NCBI RefSeq assembly: GCF_000008385.1
Contig: NC_006833.1
Location: 360,001 to 392,000, forward strand
Direction of reading: 5' to 3'
DNA from: Wolbachia endosymbiont strain TRS of Brugia malayi
GTDB lineage: Bacteria > Pseudomonadota > Alphaproteobacteria > Rickettsiales > Anaplasmataceae
DNA length: 32,000 bases
A model generated the notes under the pieces. It worked only from the letters and a program-made list of their open reading frames with translations. It did no database searches and was not told the origin of the DNA. Positions 17,751-26,858 of the stretch are shown in pieces; positions within the stretch are counted from its first letter, which is position 1; the number at the start of each line of letters is the position of its first letter. Made by a program: the position numbers and the translations under genes.

Positions 17751-18488
17751 TTAAAGTGATAGTATAAGGTTTCTTGATTCTGGAAATCTCATATTTAGCT
17801 GCGAAAATAGATACTTATTTAAAAAATATCCTGTAACTTTTAATCCTAATTGAAATTCTTGATATGAGTAGCTGTTTTGTAGGTTATTATTATACACGTC
17901 ATGCAGCATTTGTGGAAAAGGTAATAGTTTATCCGCATAATAATCTCCTACTTTCTTTGACACCGCTCTGCCAGTTTTTGGAGAAATAAATTGTAAATTT
18001 TCCTTAACACCCGTTACAGCGCATTTAGATAGATCTAACTTAAACCCCAACTGTGCAAGAAGCAAAAGCTCTAAGTTAAGGTAATGGCCTTGCCAAGGTT
18101 CACTACCATGCTTAATTACATCAATGAAATACTGAAAGTTATCATATAGCACGGCACAAGGCTCGCTCTCTGGAAGTACTTTTTCCAAGATAGAAGAAAA
18201 AGAAACAATAGTGATGCTTTTTAAGCTATCCTGAAAGAAGTGGTGAAATGGAGATTCTATCAATTCACACTTAAAAAATCCTAGATTTTCAGGTAGCTTA
18301 GCACTCCATTCTGCATGTAATAGATTACTCACCTGAAATTTATAACTGCTATCGTTTGTCAACCGAGTTAGTCCTCTGCACTTTCCATGGTTTTTCATGA
18401 ACAGAGAAAGAATTAAGCTTTTATCACCGTACTTTTTAGCAGCTATAATAATGCCTTCATCTTTCCATCTCATTTTAACTTGACGCAT
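17751..18488 (-). CDS. recO: DNA repair protein RecO
   Basis: 245-aa ORF. N-terminal OB-fold signature MRWKDEGIIIAAKKYGDKSLILSLFMKNHGKCRGL. Size is typical. The true start may be the second Met (18473). Confidence 0.85.
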   Translation of the reverse strand: MRQVKMRWKDEGIIIAAKKYGDKSLILSLFMKNHGKCRGLTRLTNDSSYKFQVSNLLHAEWSAKLPENLGFFKCELIESPFHHFFQDSLKSITIVSFSSILEKVLPESEPCAVLYDNFQYFIDVIKHGSEPWQGHYLNLELLLLAQLGFKLDLSKCAVTGVKENLQFISPKTGRAVSKKVGDYYADKLLPFPQMLHDVYNNNLQNSYSYQEFQLGLKVTGYFLNKYLFSQLNMRFPESRNLILSL

Positions 18489-18501
18489 ATGTTTTTAATC
18501 T

Positions 18502-19032
18502 TTAATTCTTATATTTCTTCATTAACATAATATAATTTTGTGCTGATTGTGTAATATATTTAACTTCTTCATCTGAAATCTTTTTAAAGAATTTTGCTGG
18601 CCTGCCAGCCCACATTTCTCCACTTTTTATCACTTTTCTATGTGTTACTAGTGAACCAGCAGCTACCATAGCTTCAGATTCTACAATTGCATGATCCATT
18701 ACAATAGAACCCATACCAATAAGTGCTTTGTCATGCACCGTGCATGCGTGTAACATACAAAAATGTCCCACTGTTACCATATCGCCAATAATTGTATCGC
18801 CACCAGGATTTCTATCTACATGAATTACTGTGCCATCTTGAATGTTCGTTCCATCACCTATTTTGATTGACCCAATATCTCCCCTGATCACACAATTAAA
18901 CCAAATGCTCGCCTCTCTTCCTATTTCAACCTTGCCTACAATATGCGAATCTCCTGCAATGAAAGCACTCTCGTCTATTTTTGGCTCACAGTTCTTATAT
19001 TTTAAAATGTTTGAGCTTACAATTCTATACAT
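18502..19032 (-). CDS. Left-handed beta-helix (hexapeptide) protein, gamma-carbonic-anhydrase-like (YrdA/CaiE/PaaY family)
   Basis: 176-aa ORF with repeated hexapeptide pattern and conserved His residues (IHVD, GHFCMLHACTV) typical of the gamma-CA-like family. Confidence 0.8.
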   Translation of the reverse strand: MYRIVSSNILKYKNCEPKIDESAFIAGDSHIVGKVEIGREASIWFNCVIRGDIGSIKIGDGTNIQDGTVIHVDRNPGGDTIIGDMVTVGHFCMLHACTVHDKALIGMGSIVMDHAIVESEAMVAAGSLVTHRKVIKSGEMWAGRPAKFFKKISDEEVKYITQSAQNYIMLMKKYKN

Positions 19033-19151
19033 TAATATCTGCAGCAGCTATACAAAATCTATTATACCGTACATATAAAAGTTTTACCTTAATTTCATTG
19101 AAATGCGCATACAAAATTATATATTAATTAGTGTATTACACATTTGAAATT

Positions 19152-20264
19152 ATGAGTATATTAGACAAATTGGTAATCCTGCTGTTAGTTTCTACGCTTC
19201 CTTTTTCTTCATATTCATACCAATTTAGAACTAAAGCAAAGCAAGCAGTAGTTTTAGATTTAGCCTCAGACTTGTTCATTTTTGAGCATAATTCCGACGA
19301 AAAGATGTCTCCATCTTCAATGAGCAAGCTAATGACTTTATATGTAGCCTTCGATTATTTAAAAGCTGGAATAATAGACATGAAGGATAAATTTCGAGTA
19401 AGTAGAAAAGCGTGGGAAAGAAAAGGCTCTTCTATGTTTTTAAAGGAAGGTCAATCTGTTTCGGTGAAAGAATTGCTTGAAGGAGTTACAACGGTCTCGG
19501 GTAACGATGCCTGCATAACGTTAGCTGAGGGCATTGCCGGGTCAGAAGAGAATTTCGTGGTTGAAATGAACGAAGTTGCACAAAATTTGAACCTAAGCGA
19601 CAGTTACTTTGTCAATTCAAGCGGGTGGCCAGATAAAGATCATTTCATGAGTGCAAAAGATTTGGTAGTACTAGCAAAAAGGATTTTTACTGATTTCCCT
19701 GAATATTATGATTTATTTTCTAAACAATATCTAACATATAACGATATCATACAAAAAAATAAAAATCTTTTACTTTTTCATGATATTGGAGTTGATGGCT
19801 TAAAGACCGGTTATACAAACGCTGGTGGTTACGGCATTGTAATTTCTGCAAAACGAAACGATAGGAGAATTTTCGCTGTTGTAAATGGCTTAAACACTGA
19901 AAAAGAGCGAATAGAAGAAGCAAAAAGACTGATACAATATTCCTTCAATCATTTTAATACTAAGAAGATATTTGCTAAGGATAGTGTAGTTGAGGAAATA
20001 AATGTTCTATACGGAAAGGAGAGAAAAGTATCTGCCACAGTTGCAAATGATGTCACCATAACTTATAACCGCAATCTACGTGATAAAATTAAGGTGCGTG
20101 TTGAATATAAAGATATGATACCTGCACCTATTAAAAAAGGGCAAGAAGTAGGTAAAATTTTTATAGAAATACCAGGTATAGAGCAGCAAACTATACCACT
20201 TTATGCAGTGAATGATGTACAGGAATTAAATTACGTAGAAAAGTTTTTTAGAATATTGTTTTAA
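19152..20264 (+). CDS. dacA: D-alanyl-D-alanine carboxypeptidase (PBP5/6 family)
   Basis: Signal peptide MSILDKLVILLLVSTLPFSSYS. Motifs SxxK (SMSKLMT), SxN (SGND) and KTG (KTGYT), plus a C-terminal PBP5 domain. The ORF track starts at GTG 19131; ATG 19152 gives a cleaner signal peptide. Confidence 0.88.
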   Translation: MSILDKLVILLLVSTLPFSSYSYQFRTKAKQAVVLDLASDLFIFEHNSDEKMSPSSMSKLMTLYVAFDYLKAGIIDMKDKFRVSRKAWERKGSSMFLKEGQSVSVKELLEGVTTVSGNDACITLAEGIAGSEENFVVEMNEVAQNLNLSDSYFVNSSGWPDKDHFMSAKDLVVLAKRIFTDFPEYYDLFSKQYLTYNDIIQKNKNLLLFHDIGVDGLKTGYTNAGGYGIVISAKRNDRRIFAVVNGLNTEKERIEEAKRLIQYSFNHFNTKKIFAKDSVVEEINVLYGKERKVSATVANDVTITYNRNLRDKIKVRVEYKDMIPAPIKKGQEVGKIFIEIPGIEQQTIPLYAVNDVQELNYVEKFFRILF

Positions 20265-20358
20265 GTCTAAATAGCATCTGCGTTGAAAATACCAATTTTA
20301 ATATTATTAAGAGAATTCAGAGATAAGATTAATTGAAAGAATTTAAAATTTTCAACTA

Positions 20359-20699
20359 ATGGATAAAATATCACATTTAAAGTGCTAAGCGAAGAATATT
20401 TTTTACTACTACCCTAAAATGGCTAGCAAGCACTTGAGGAGATAGAAAATATTGGATTGTCTAAAATTATTGAGGAATGTGATGGTGAGGAGGAAATAGA
20501 GATTAATGAAAAAGCCTGGAGAAAAGCCCTACTGAGTTAAATGTACTAAGCGTGCCCTCAAAAAAGATATTCCAGCTTTACCCCAGCAAACGTAAGGAAA
20601 GTAGTAGTTAAAAATTATCGCATCGTCTACCGCGTAAACACTGCAGAACATAAAGCAACTGTTGTTTCAGTAGGACATAGGCAAGGCATTTATAAATAA
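20359..20699 (+). pseudogene. Relic of a type II toxin-antitoxin pair (Phd/YefM- or RelB-like antitoxin plus RelE/ParE-like toxin)
   Basis: Antitoxin-like pieces: MDKISHLK, LSEEYFLL, ALEEIENIGLSKIIEECDGEEEIEINEKAWRKALLS*. The stop at 20538-20540 overlaps the toxin-like N-terminus VKCTKRALKKDIPALPQQT*. The C-terminus is in another frame: VVVKNYRIVYRVNTAEHKATVVSVGHRQGIYK* (ends 20699). No intact ORF; the middle of the toxin is missing. Confidence 0.55.
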
Positions 20700-20871
20700 C
20701 CAATATTGAAGTTACAAGAACACTAAAGGGTTACATATTTTTTATACACTCACTCTTTCTGATCCATTCTATAACTTAAATGGCTTTGCTCAGCTCAAAA
20801 AATCGAAACTTTTTTGTCCCTCTAATGATTAGAGACTTTAGAAACGGGAAAGTGCAAAGTAAAAATTTGGC

Positions 20872-20900
20872 TTGACAAGACGAAAGAAGATCAATATATA
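20872..20900 (+). promoter_or_regulatory. Putative sigma70-type promoter (TTGACA-17-TATATA) for the orphan gene
   Basis: TTGACA at 20872-20877, a 17-nt spacer, TATATA at 20895-20900. It sits 28 nt upstream of ATG 20929 and 7 nt upstream of the alternative TTG 20908. Confidence 0.4.
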
Positions 20901-20928
20901 AAATATATTGATTATTAACTTAACTAGT

Positions 20929-21957
20929 ATGCCAGCAAGAGTAAACGCAATAGCCAATACACAAGAACCATCAAAAGTAAAAAAAGTTTTGCTAGCTCCT
21001 GTAAGGTGGCTAGCTGTTGGTCTAATCATAGCATCTGTTATAGTATTTGTTATTTCTCTTCTAGTACTTTTTGTGATTGTTACAATATTGCGTAAACTAT
21101 ATTGCCTTGCAGGAGGCAAATTGCCAGAATGGCTAGAGCAAAGAGCTGCAGCATTTGAAGAAATAATACACGTCCCACAAACAACACATAATACCGACAT
21201 AAACGATGCAATAAATATTAATATTAAAAAGCTAAAGGAAAACTATGGTGAACCTGATATTGAAGACGGGTTTACAAAAGAAATAGAAAATTTTATTAAT
21301 AAACTAAAGTGTATAACAAATGACACAGAAAAAGCTGCAGATAAATATCAACTTAAAGAAGATGAGAAAAAACATGCACTTGAATGCTTGGAACGTATAC
21401 AAAATAATCCTGATATACATAGTGGAAGTGGGTTAACATTAAAGCAAGTTTTAAATTTGGTTTGGAAAGCTTGTAATGACAAAGGTAAAAAAAGTGCTGG
21501 TTCTAACATAGATATTGATACACGAATGCTCCAGAGAAAATACCAACTAGTTCAGCATCTAATAGAATCGCAAACGGAATACGGGGTGTATGGTGATCAT
21601 GGTTCAAGTGCATGCTTCACTGGGACTTTCAATAGCATCGTCTCTTCCTTATATATCTTTGAAGAGTTTTCCTTCTTGCAAAGAGTAAATAAGGACAATA
21701 TAAAACAGGAATTTGAAGATGAGTTGCAAACAAAGGGCGAAGAATTATTTAATCAACTTTCCAATAAAGAGAAAGAAGAAGTTGCAAAAGCTTTAAGTAG
21801 TGCTCCTTCTACAAGGTTCTTTTCAGACTATGTAGAGTCGTTTAAAAATCACCCTGCACGTGCAGTTTTAGGCGATAAAGAATGTAATGAATTAGTAAGA
21901 GCACATCTTTATAATCTTCAGTACAATGAAGTAATATCAAACTTTTCTAAACAATAA
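20929..21957 (+). CDS. Hypothetical N-terminally membrane-anchored protein (orphan)
   Basis: Long ORF (349 aa from TTG 20908, 342 aa from ATG 20929). One strong TM (WLAVGLIIASVIVFVISLLVLFVIVTIL) is followed by a charged, helix-rich ~270-aa domain. No family recognised. The antisense ORF 20838-21200 is judged a shadow. Confidence 0.65.
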   Translation: MPARVNAIANTQEPSKVKKVLLAPVRWLAVGLIIASVIVFVISLLVLFVIVTILRKLYCLAGGKLPEWLEQRAAAFEEIIHVPQTTHNTDINDAININIKKLKENYGEPDIEDGFTKEIENFINKLKCITNDTEKAADKYQLKEDEKKHALECLERIQNNPDIHSGSGLTLKQVLNLVWKACNDKGKKSAGSNIDIDTRMLQRKYQLVQHLIESQTEYGVYGDHGSSACFTGTFNSIVSSLYIFEEFSFLQRVNKDNIKQEFEDELQTKGEELFNQLSNKEKEEVAKALSSAPSTRFFSDYVESFKNHPARAVLGDKECNELVRAHLYNLQYNEVISNFSKQ

Positions 21958-21963
21958 AAGTCA

Positions 21964-22521
21964 TTATTTCACCAACGGTAAGGTAATACCATGTTGGTTC
22001 ATATACTTTCCTTTTATATCGTCGTATGATTTTTCACACTCACTTTCACCACTTAAAAACACAAATTGGCATGCTCCTTCATTGGCATAAATTTTTGCAG
22101 GAAGCGGAGTAGTGTTCGAGAATTCAAGTGTAACATGACCTTTCCATCCAGGTTCCAAGGGAGTAACGTTTACTATAATCCCGCACCTCGCATAAGTTGA
22201 TTTACCAACACAAATAGCCAATACATCCCTTGGTATGTGAAAATATTCTACTGTACTTGCAAGTGCGAAGCTATTCGGTGGAATTATGCACACATCTGTT
22301 TCCTTATCTATAAAACTGTTCTTAGAAAAATCCTTAGGATCAACCACAGCTGAATTAACATTAGTAAAAATCTTAAATTTATTATCTACTCTTGCATCAT
22401 ACCCGTAAGATGATAGTCCAAAAGACATGACACCCTTACTGCTTTTATGATCCACAAAGGGCTCTATCATTCCAAAGCTTTCAGCTTTTTCCCTTATCCA
22501 TTTATCAGGCATCACTGCCAT
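21964..22521 (-). CDS. dcd: dCTP deaminase
   Basis: 185-aa ORF. N-terminus [10 protein letters not shown]...GMIEPF, and the core SSYGYDARV...VDPK...IPPNSFALA...E.F.IP family pattern. Confidence 0.93.
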   Translation of the reverse strand: MAVMPDKWIREKAESFGMIEPFVDHKSSKGVMSFGLSSYGYDARVDNKFKIFTNVNSAVVDPKDFSKNSFIDKETDVCIIPPNSFALASTVEYFHIPRDVLAICVGKSTYARCGIIVNVTPLEPGWKGHVTLEFSNTTPLPAKIYANEGACQFVFLSGESECEKSYDDIKGKYMNQHGITLPLVK

Positions 22522-22689
22522 AACTGCTCCCTAAAGTTGTATAATACTTACAATAATATAAAATAAAATTTAAATGTAAACTATAGACCTAACAGCTTTT
22601 TACGGCTCAACTGTATGACGATTTTCGAATCGTCAGGTACCATTCCAGCATTCCCTCCTGTCACAATCTCAGTGCCCATTTTTTACCAT

Positions 22690-22760
22690 CCTTGTATCCT
22701 TTCTTTGTCATCTAAGTAGCCTCTTTTTTGTCATCCCAGTGTGCAGACACTGGAATCCAA
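22690..22760. repeat. Second copy of the palindrome-containing (WPE-like) element
   Basis: TGTCATCT and TGTCATCC blocks are followed by the hairpin CCAGTGT-GCAG-ACACTGG (22736-22753). It has the same architecture as 12330-12445 in inverted orientation. Confidence 0.5.
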
Positions 22761-22764
22761 GAAA

Positions 22765-22788
22765 GTTTGCTTATTTATATAAGCAAAC
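22765..22788 (-). terminator. Perfect 10-bp hairpin at the 3' end of the trkH pseudogene (terminator-like)
   Basis: GTTTGCTTAT-TTAT-ATAAGCAAAC. On the minus strand it is followed by TTTCTT. It straddles the stop of ORF 22771-23112. Confidence 0.35.
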
Positions 22789-24130
22789 TGATTTGTTGAG
22801 CATAGAAAGTAGCTTTTTTTGTAGCTTTGCTTCAAGCAGCATTAAAAACGACAGAGATAGTTTCACTTCTCCGCTAAAAAAAGAATAATTACCTGAATAT
22901 CCTATTAAGTTACTGAATTCTGGGCCAGAGTTTGTGAGTGTTGTATAGGCTGAGCTAATGCTGGTTATAAAGTCTGTATTACTTAAGTAAGACATCACTA
23001 CTGATAAAATAGTGAATATTAATATATAAATTGTAAAAAATGTAAAGAAAGAGTGAACCTCATCACTTTCTAGGGTTTTATCATCAAATTTTACTATATC
23101 GCTTATAGTCAATGGTTTAATAAAAGGCGAAACTGGTTTTCTATAGACCTTAGAAAAACGATCAAACGGAAGATTTTTATGCTACTGGGGCAGAGAGGCT
23201 GCATCTACCAACAAAAGTTAGAAAAAAACTAAGACTAAAATAAAGCCCTAACCTATATAATTACAAGTTGTATAGCCAGTTGATGTAATAAAGAGGTGAT
23301 GGTAAATGTGCTGCATCTAAATGATAATGATACTTCTAAATCAACATTTTTATATAACCAAGAGCAAGTGAACAAAGATGAAACAATAGCTATTCAATAA
23401 AATAGGAAACCTGTTCGTCATGACAAATGTCTAACCGCCTTATGATCTTTAAATAGCTTAGAAAGGGATAGATAATCCAAGATTATAAAAATAATTGTTA
23501 TGACTTCTAGTAAGGGATCGTTATAGTACCCTATGGAATAGTTATAATTAGCAAATCTACCAGTTAACATAGCAGACATAGTAAAATTAAGCCAATAATA
23601 TATTGCCGTATAGCATGAATCACTTACACTTTGCGTGTGTTCAGTAACCTTCTCTTTATAGCATTTTTAAGTATTCAGAATAGAGTAGATTGTTTAGGCT
23701 CAGAACTTTAAATATAGGAAAAAACGCAATTCCTATAGTAATTAGGACGAAATTGCCTATCAACATCATTAAATACAGTTGCTCCTGTAGTTGTAATACC
23801 AGATATCGTTTCAAACAATGAACCGGCATAGCTGCTCAGATTATCAAGATAAAATAGAGTAGCTCCAAACAGAGAGAAAGCAGTCTAGGTACGAGTTGGT
23901 AATCGCAAAACTACCAGCATTTCATACAATCTACTTAAATCACCTAATAAAATAAAAATTTTGTGCCAGATGGCAAGTAGTTATAAACCTAGCCAGAAGT
24001 TTTTCCATTAGTAACCCAGATACTTATAGTAATAGCAGGAATAACCATTGTTAAGCTAAGTAGTAATAGGAGTATCTTAACAATAAATGCAATTGAACAC
24101 AAAGTTTTACAAGTGCTGATTGATTTTCTA
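22771..24130 (-). pseudogene. trkH: Potassium uptake protein TrkH, heavily degraded
   Basis: Minus-strand fragments are colinear with TrkH. N-terminus: LCSIAFIVKILLLLLSLTMVIPAITISIWVTNGKTSG* (~24000-24110). Selectivity-filter motif: LFETISGITTTGATVFNDV (23761-23818). C-terminus: TLTNSGPEFSNLIGYSGNYSFFSGEVKLSLSFLMLLEAKL in the 113-aa ORF 22771-23112. Many stops and frameshifts lie between them. Confidence 0.8.
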
Positions 24131-24142
24131 GAACAAAAGGTA

Positions 24143-25168
24143 TTACACTATATCATGAACTTTTGCTAAAACTCTCTTTATATCTTCATTCGAAAGTGGA
24201 ATCAGACCGAGCCTAGATAGGTACCCACCTTCAGTACTGATTGAATCTATAACTTCTCTAATGAATTCTCTTAGTCCATCAACTGTATTTAAGTGTTCTT
24301 TCTTTATGTAAAGATATAGAGGCCTTGCTAATATATATTTTCCTGATGATATATTTTCATAAGTTGGCTCAATTCCTGCAATCGTGCTCCCTTGTATCTT
24401 ATCTTGGTTCCTCATTAAAAAGCTGAAACTAAATATTCCTAAGGCATTCTTGTTACTTTTCAATTTTTGTATTACTATGTTCTCATTGATTCCAACTTCT
24501 ATATACCTTCCATCATCTCTTATATTACTGCATGCTTTCTTTCTTTCTTCTGGATCCTTATAACTTTCTTTAAAAATTCTTGAATTCATGCATGAGTATT
24601 GATCAGTCATAACAAAATTAACCAAAGTTTCGTATGTGCCTGTATTCTGATGTGGACCATAAATTTCAATTCCCGTTTTTGGTAAGGTTTGATTTACATC
24701 AGACCAAAACTTCTTGTTATTTTTTACTAGCTTACCATTATCTTGAGAATATGCAGATAAAGTTTCAAATAAATCCTTTTTTGTAAAATCAAATTTATGG
24801 CTTTGATTCGAATTTGCAACGACAATTCCATCATAGCCAATAATGACCTCTACCACTTCATTAACTTTGTTCCTTTTACATAGCTCTATTTCTGCCTCTT
24901 TTACAGGACGAGATGAAGTGGCAATATCTGGTGTATTTTCTCCTATTCCTGAACAAAACATTTTAAATCCCGGCCCGCTTCCTATTGATTCTACAACTGG
25001 AGTCTTAAAGGAGAATATACGATTAAAGTCCTCAGCTATAAATGAGATAAAAGGAAAAACGGTTGAAGACCCAACAATTCTGACATATTTCCTCGCATCA
25101 GCATTTGACAGAGGGATAAGTACTGTAAATACAAAAATTAAGAGAAAGCTTCTAAACATCATTTTCAA
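24143..25168 (-). CDS. pstS: Phosphate ABC transporter substrate-binding protein PstS
   Basis: 341-aa ORF with a signal peptide (FRSFLLIFVFTVLIPLSNADA) and the PstS-family N-terminal signature VRIVGSSTVFPF, plus GSGPGFKMF and the type 2 periplasmic-binding fold size. Confidence 0.85.
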   Translation of the reverse strand: MKMMFRSFLLIFVFTVLIPLSNADARKYVRIVGSSTVFPFISFIAEDFNRIFSFKTPVVESIGSGPGFKMFCSGIGENTPDIATSSRPVKEAEIELCKRNKVNEVVEVIIGYDGIVVANSNQSHKFDFTKKDLFETLSAYSQDNGKLVKNNKKFWSDVNQTLPKTGIEIYGPHQNTGTYETLVNFVMTDQYSCMNSRIFKESYKDPEERKKACSNIRDDGRYIEVGINENIVIQKLKSNKNALGIFSFSFLMRNQDKIQGSTIAGIEPTYENISSGKYILARPLYLYIKKEHLNTVDGLREFIREVIDSISTEGGYLSRLGLIPLSNEDIKRVLAKVHDIV

Positions 25169-25333
25169 TCAAGAACATAAACCTATAGTTATTATAATAA
25201 AAAGATCAAACTGAAAAGCCTTAATTTTCTCTTAACGGTTGATAATTCATTGGAAAAAATACTGTAATCCTTTAAAGGGCTAGGTGTGAAAGAAACACAA
25301 AAGTTGAAGCAGGATTTTTATAGCGCAATCTTT

Positions 25334-26704
25334 TTAGCTATTTAATAAAAAGAGTGTAGCTAAACCGAGAAATATAAAAGCTGAAAGAATATCAGTTGTT
25401 GCTGATGTTAGAATTGAAGAAGAAACTGCAGGATCAGATTTTAAACGGTGAAGCATTATAGGAATGAAAGTTCCGATAAACGTTGCAATGATTGACATCA
25501 TAACCATGGAAGCCACAAAAATTATCTCCACTTTGAAACTATGAAATCTTATTGCCAATACCATTAATGAAATAGTAGATAAAATTATCCCATTTATAAG
25601 ACCTATGAAAAATTCTTTTATCAGTATTCTGTTTGCATTTTGTTCAGTCAAATATTTTGTTGCAATTGCCCTAATGGTTAGCGTTACTGTTTGGGATCCA
25701 GCGTTTCCACTCATTGATGTAATTATTGGCATAACTATTGGTAGCACTACAAAACTTTTTATTATATCATCGAAGAAGCCAACTACTACAGAACATATTG
25801 TTGCAGCTAAGAGATTAAATAATAACCAAGGTAGCCTTTGAATTATAGTTTTATGTATAGGAGCATTTATATCGGCTTTAGACGACACACCACTTATTTT
25901 GAGTACATCTTCTTCTGTTTCTTGTTGAACAACTTTTATTACATCTTCAATCAAGATCACACCAATGATTTTACCACGCTTATTTACTACTGGAGCTGAC
26001 AATAGAGAATAATCTTTAAATACCCTTGCTACTTCCTCTTGATCTACTCCGGTTTTAATAATCTTTATGTCTTGACTCATTATCTCTTTTATTATTGTTT
26101 CTCCTGAGTGAGATATTACCTTGTTCAAATTAACACTACCTATAGGCTCTAATTTTGAGTCAATAATAAAGATCTGATGAAATTTTTCTGGTATTTTTTT
26201 ATAACTGCGCAAAAATTCTGTTAATTGGTTTATCGTCCAATAATATGGAGCTATAACCATATCTTTATGTATCAATCTTCCTGCACTTTCTTCTGGGTAC
26301 GATAATAATTCCTCTACTGATTTTTGAGTTTCGTTGGGCAGGTATTTAAGTATATTTTCTATGGATTTTCTGTCCAAATCTTTCACTATGGCTACTATAT
26401 CTTCCACATCGAGGAGTGTCAGTAACTTTGCCGCATTTTCTATTCCCAATGTTTCTATGATCTCCACTTGTAAGTCTGGTACTACATGCACTAGAGCATT
26501 ACTTAATGAATATTGATCGAGGACACTAACTAACTGCTCTCTGTGATCACTGATTGAGGTGGATAAAAAATAGGCTAGCTGAACGCTATCTATTGTTTTT
26601 ATAATATTATGAATGTTTTCTAATTTCTGATTATTGAGTGACTCTACCAAGCTATCAATAGCCTTTTTATCTAAATCATAGTGAAATTTTGTCTCAACAC
26701 TCAT
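25334..26704 (-). CDS. mgtE: Magnesium transporter MgtE
   Basis: 456-aa ORF. MgtE N-domain, tandem CBS region (IMSQDIKIIKTGVDQEEVARVFKDYSLLSAPVVNKRGKIIGVILIEDVI), then a 5-TM C-terminal domain with GNAGSQ and the ATTDILSAFIFLGLA motif. Confidence 0.93.
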   Translation of the reverse strand: MSVETKFHYDLDKKAIDSLVESLNNQKLENIHNIIKTIDSVQLAYFLSTSISDHREQLVSVLDQYSLSNALVHVVPDLQVEIIETLGIENAAKLLTLLDVEDIVAIVKDLDRKSIENILKYLPNETQKSVEELLSYPEESAGRLIHKDMVIAPYYWTINQLTEFLRSYKKIPEKFHQIFIIDSKLEPIGSVNLNKVISHSGETIIKEIMSQDIKIIKTGVDQEEVARVFKDYSLLSAPVVNKRGKIIGVILIEDVIKVVQQETEEDVLKISGVSSKADINAPIHKTIIQRLPWLLFNLLAATICSVVVGFFDDIIKSFVVLPIVMPIITSMSGNAGSQTVTLTIRAIATKYLTEQNANRILIKEFFIGLINGIILSTISLMVLAIRFHSFKVEIIFVASMVMMSIIATFIGTFIPIMLHRLKSDPAVSSSILTSATTDILSAFIFLGLATLFLLNS

Positions 26705-26737
26705 TATTTTACCTTATTTTCTAACAAACGTATATGC

Positions 26738-26765
26738 TTGATTCCTTTAAACATTAGAGTATAAT
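26738..26765 (+). promoter_or_regulatory. Putative sigma70-type promoter for prfB (TTGATT-16-TATAAT)
   Basis: TTGATT at 26738-26743, a 16-nt spacer, TATAAT at 26760-26765. The -10 ends 93 nt upstream of the prfB ATG, in the divergent mgtE/prfB intergenic region. Confidence 0.35.
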
Positions 26766-26858
26766 AAGATTGTTTTAAATTAACTATTATATGGTTAAAT
26801 TTCTATTTTGTGTACTGTTATTGCTGTTAATAATAAATATATTAAAATCTAAAGCATA

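Noticed and set aside
20838-21200. 120-aa minus-strand ORF
   Set aside because: It is antisense to the 5' part of the longer orphan gene. Its hydrophobic stretch mirrors that gene's TM helix. The promoter-like element and the longer ORF favour the plus strand.
24843-25214. 123-aa plus-strand ORF
   Set aside because: It is antisense to the well-supported pstS. Shadow ORF.
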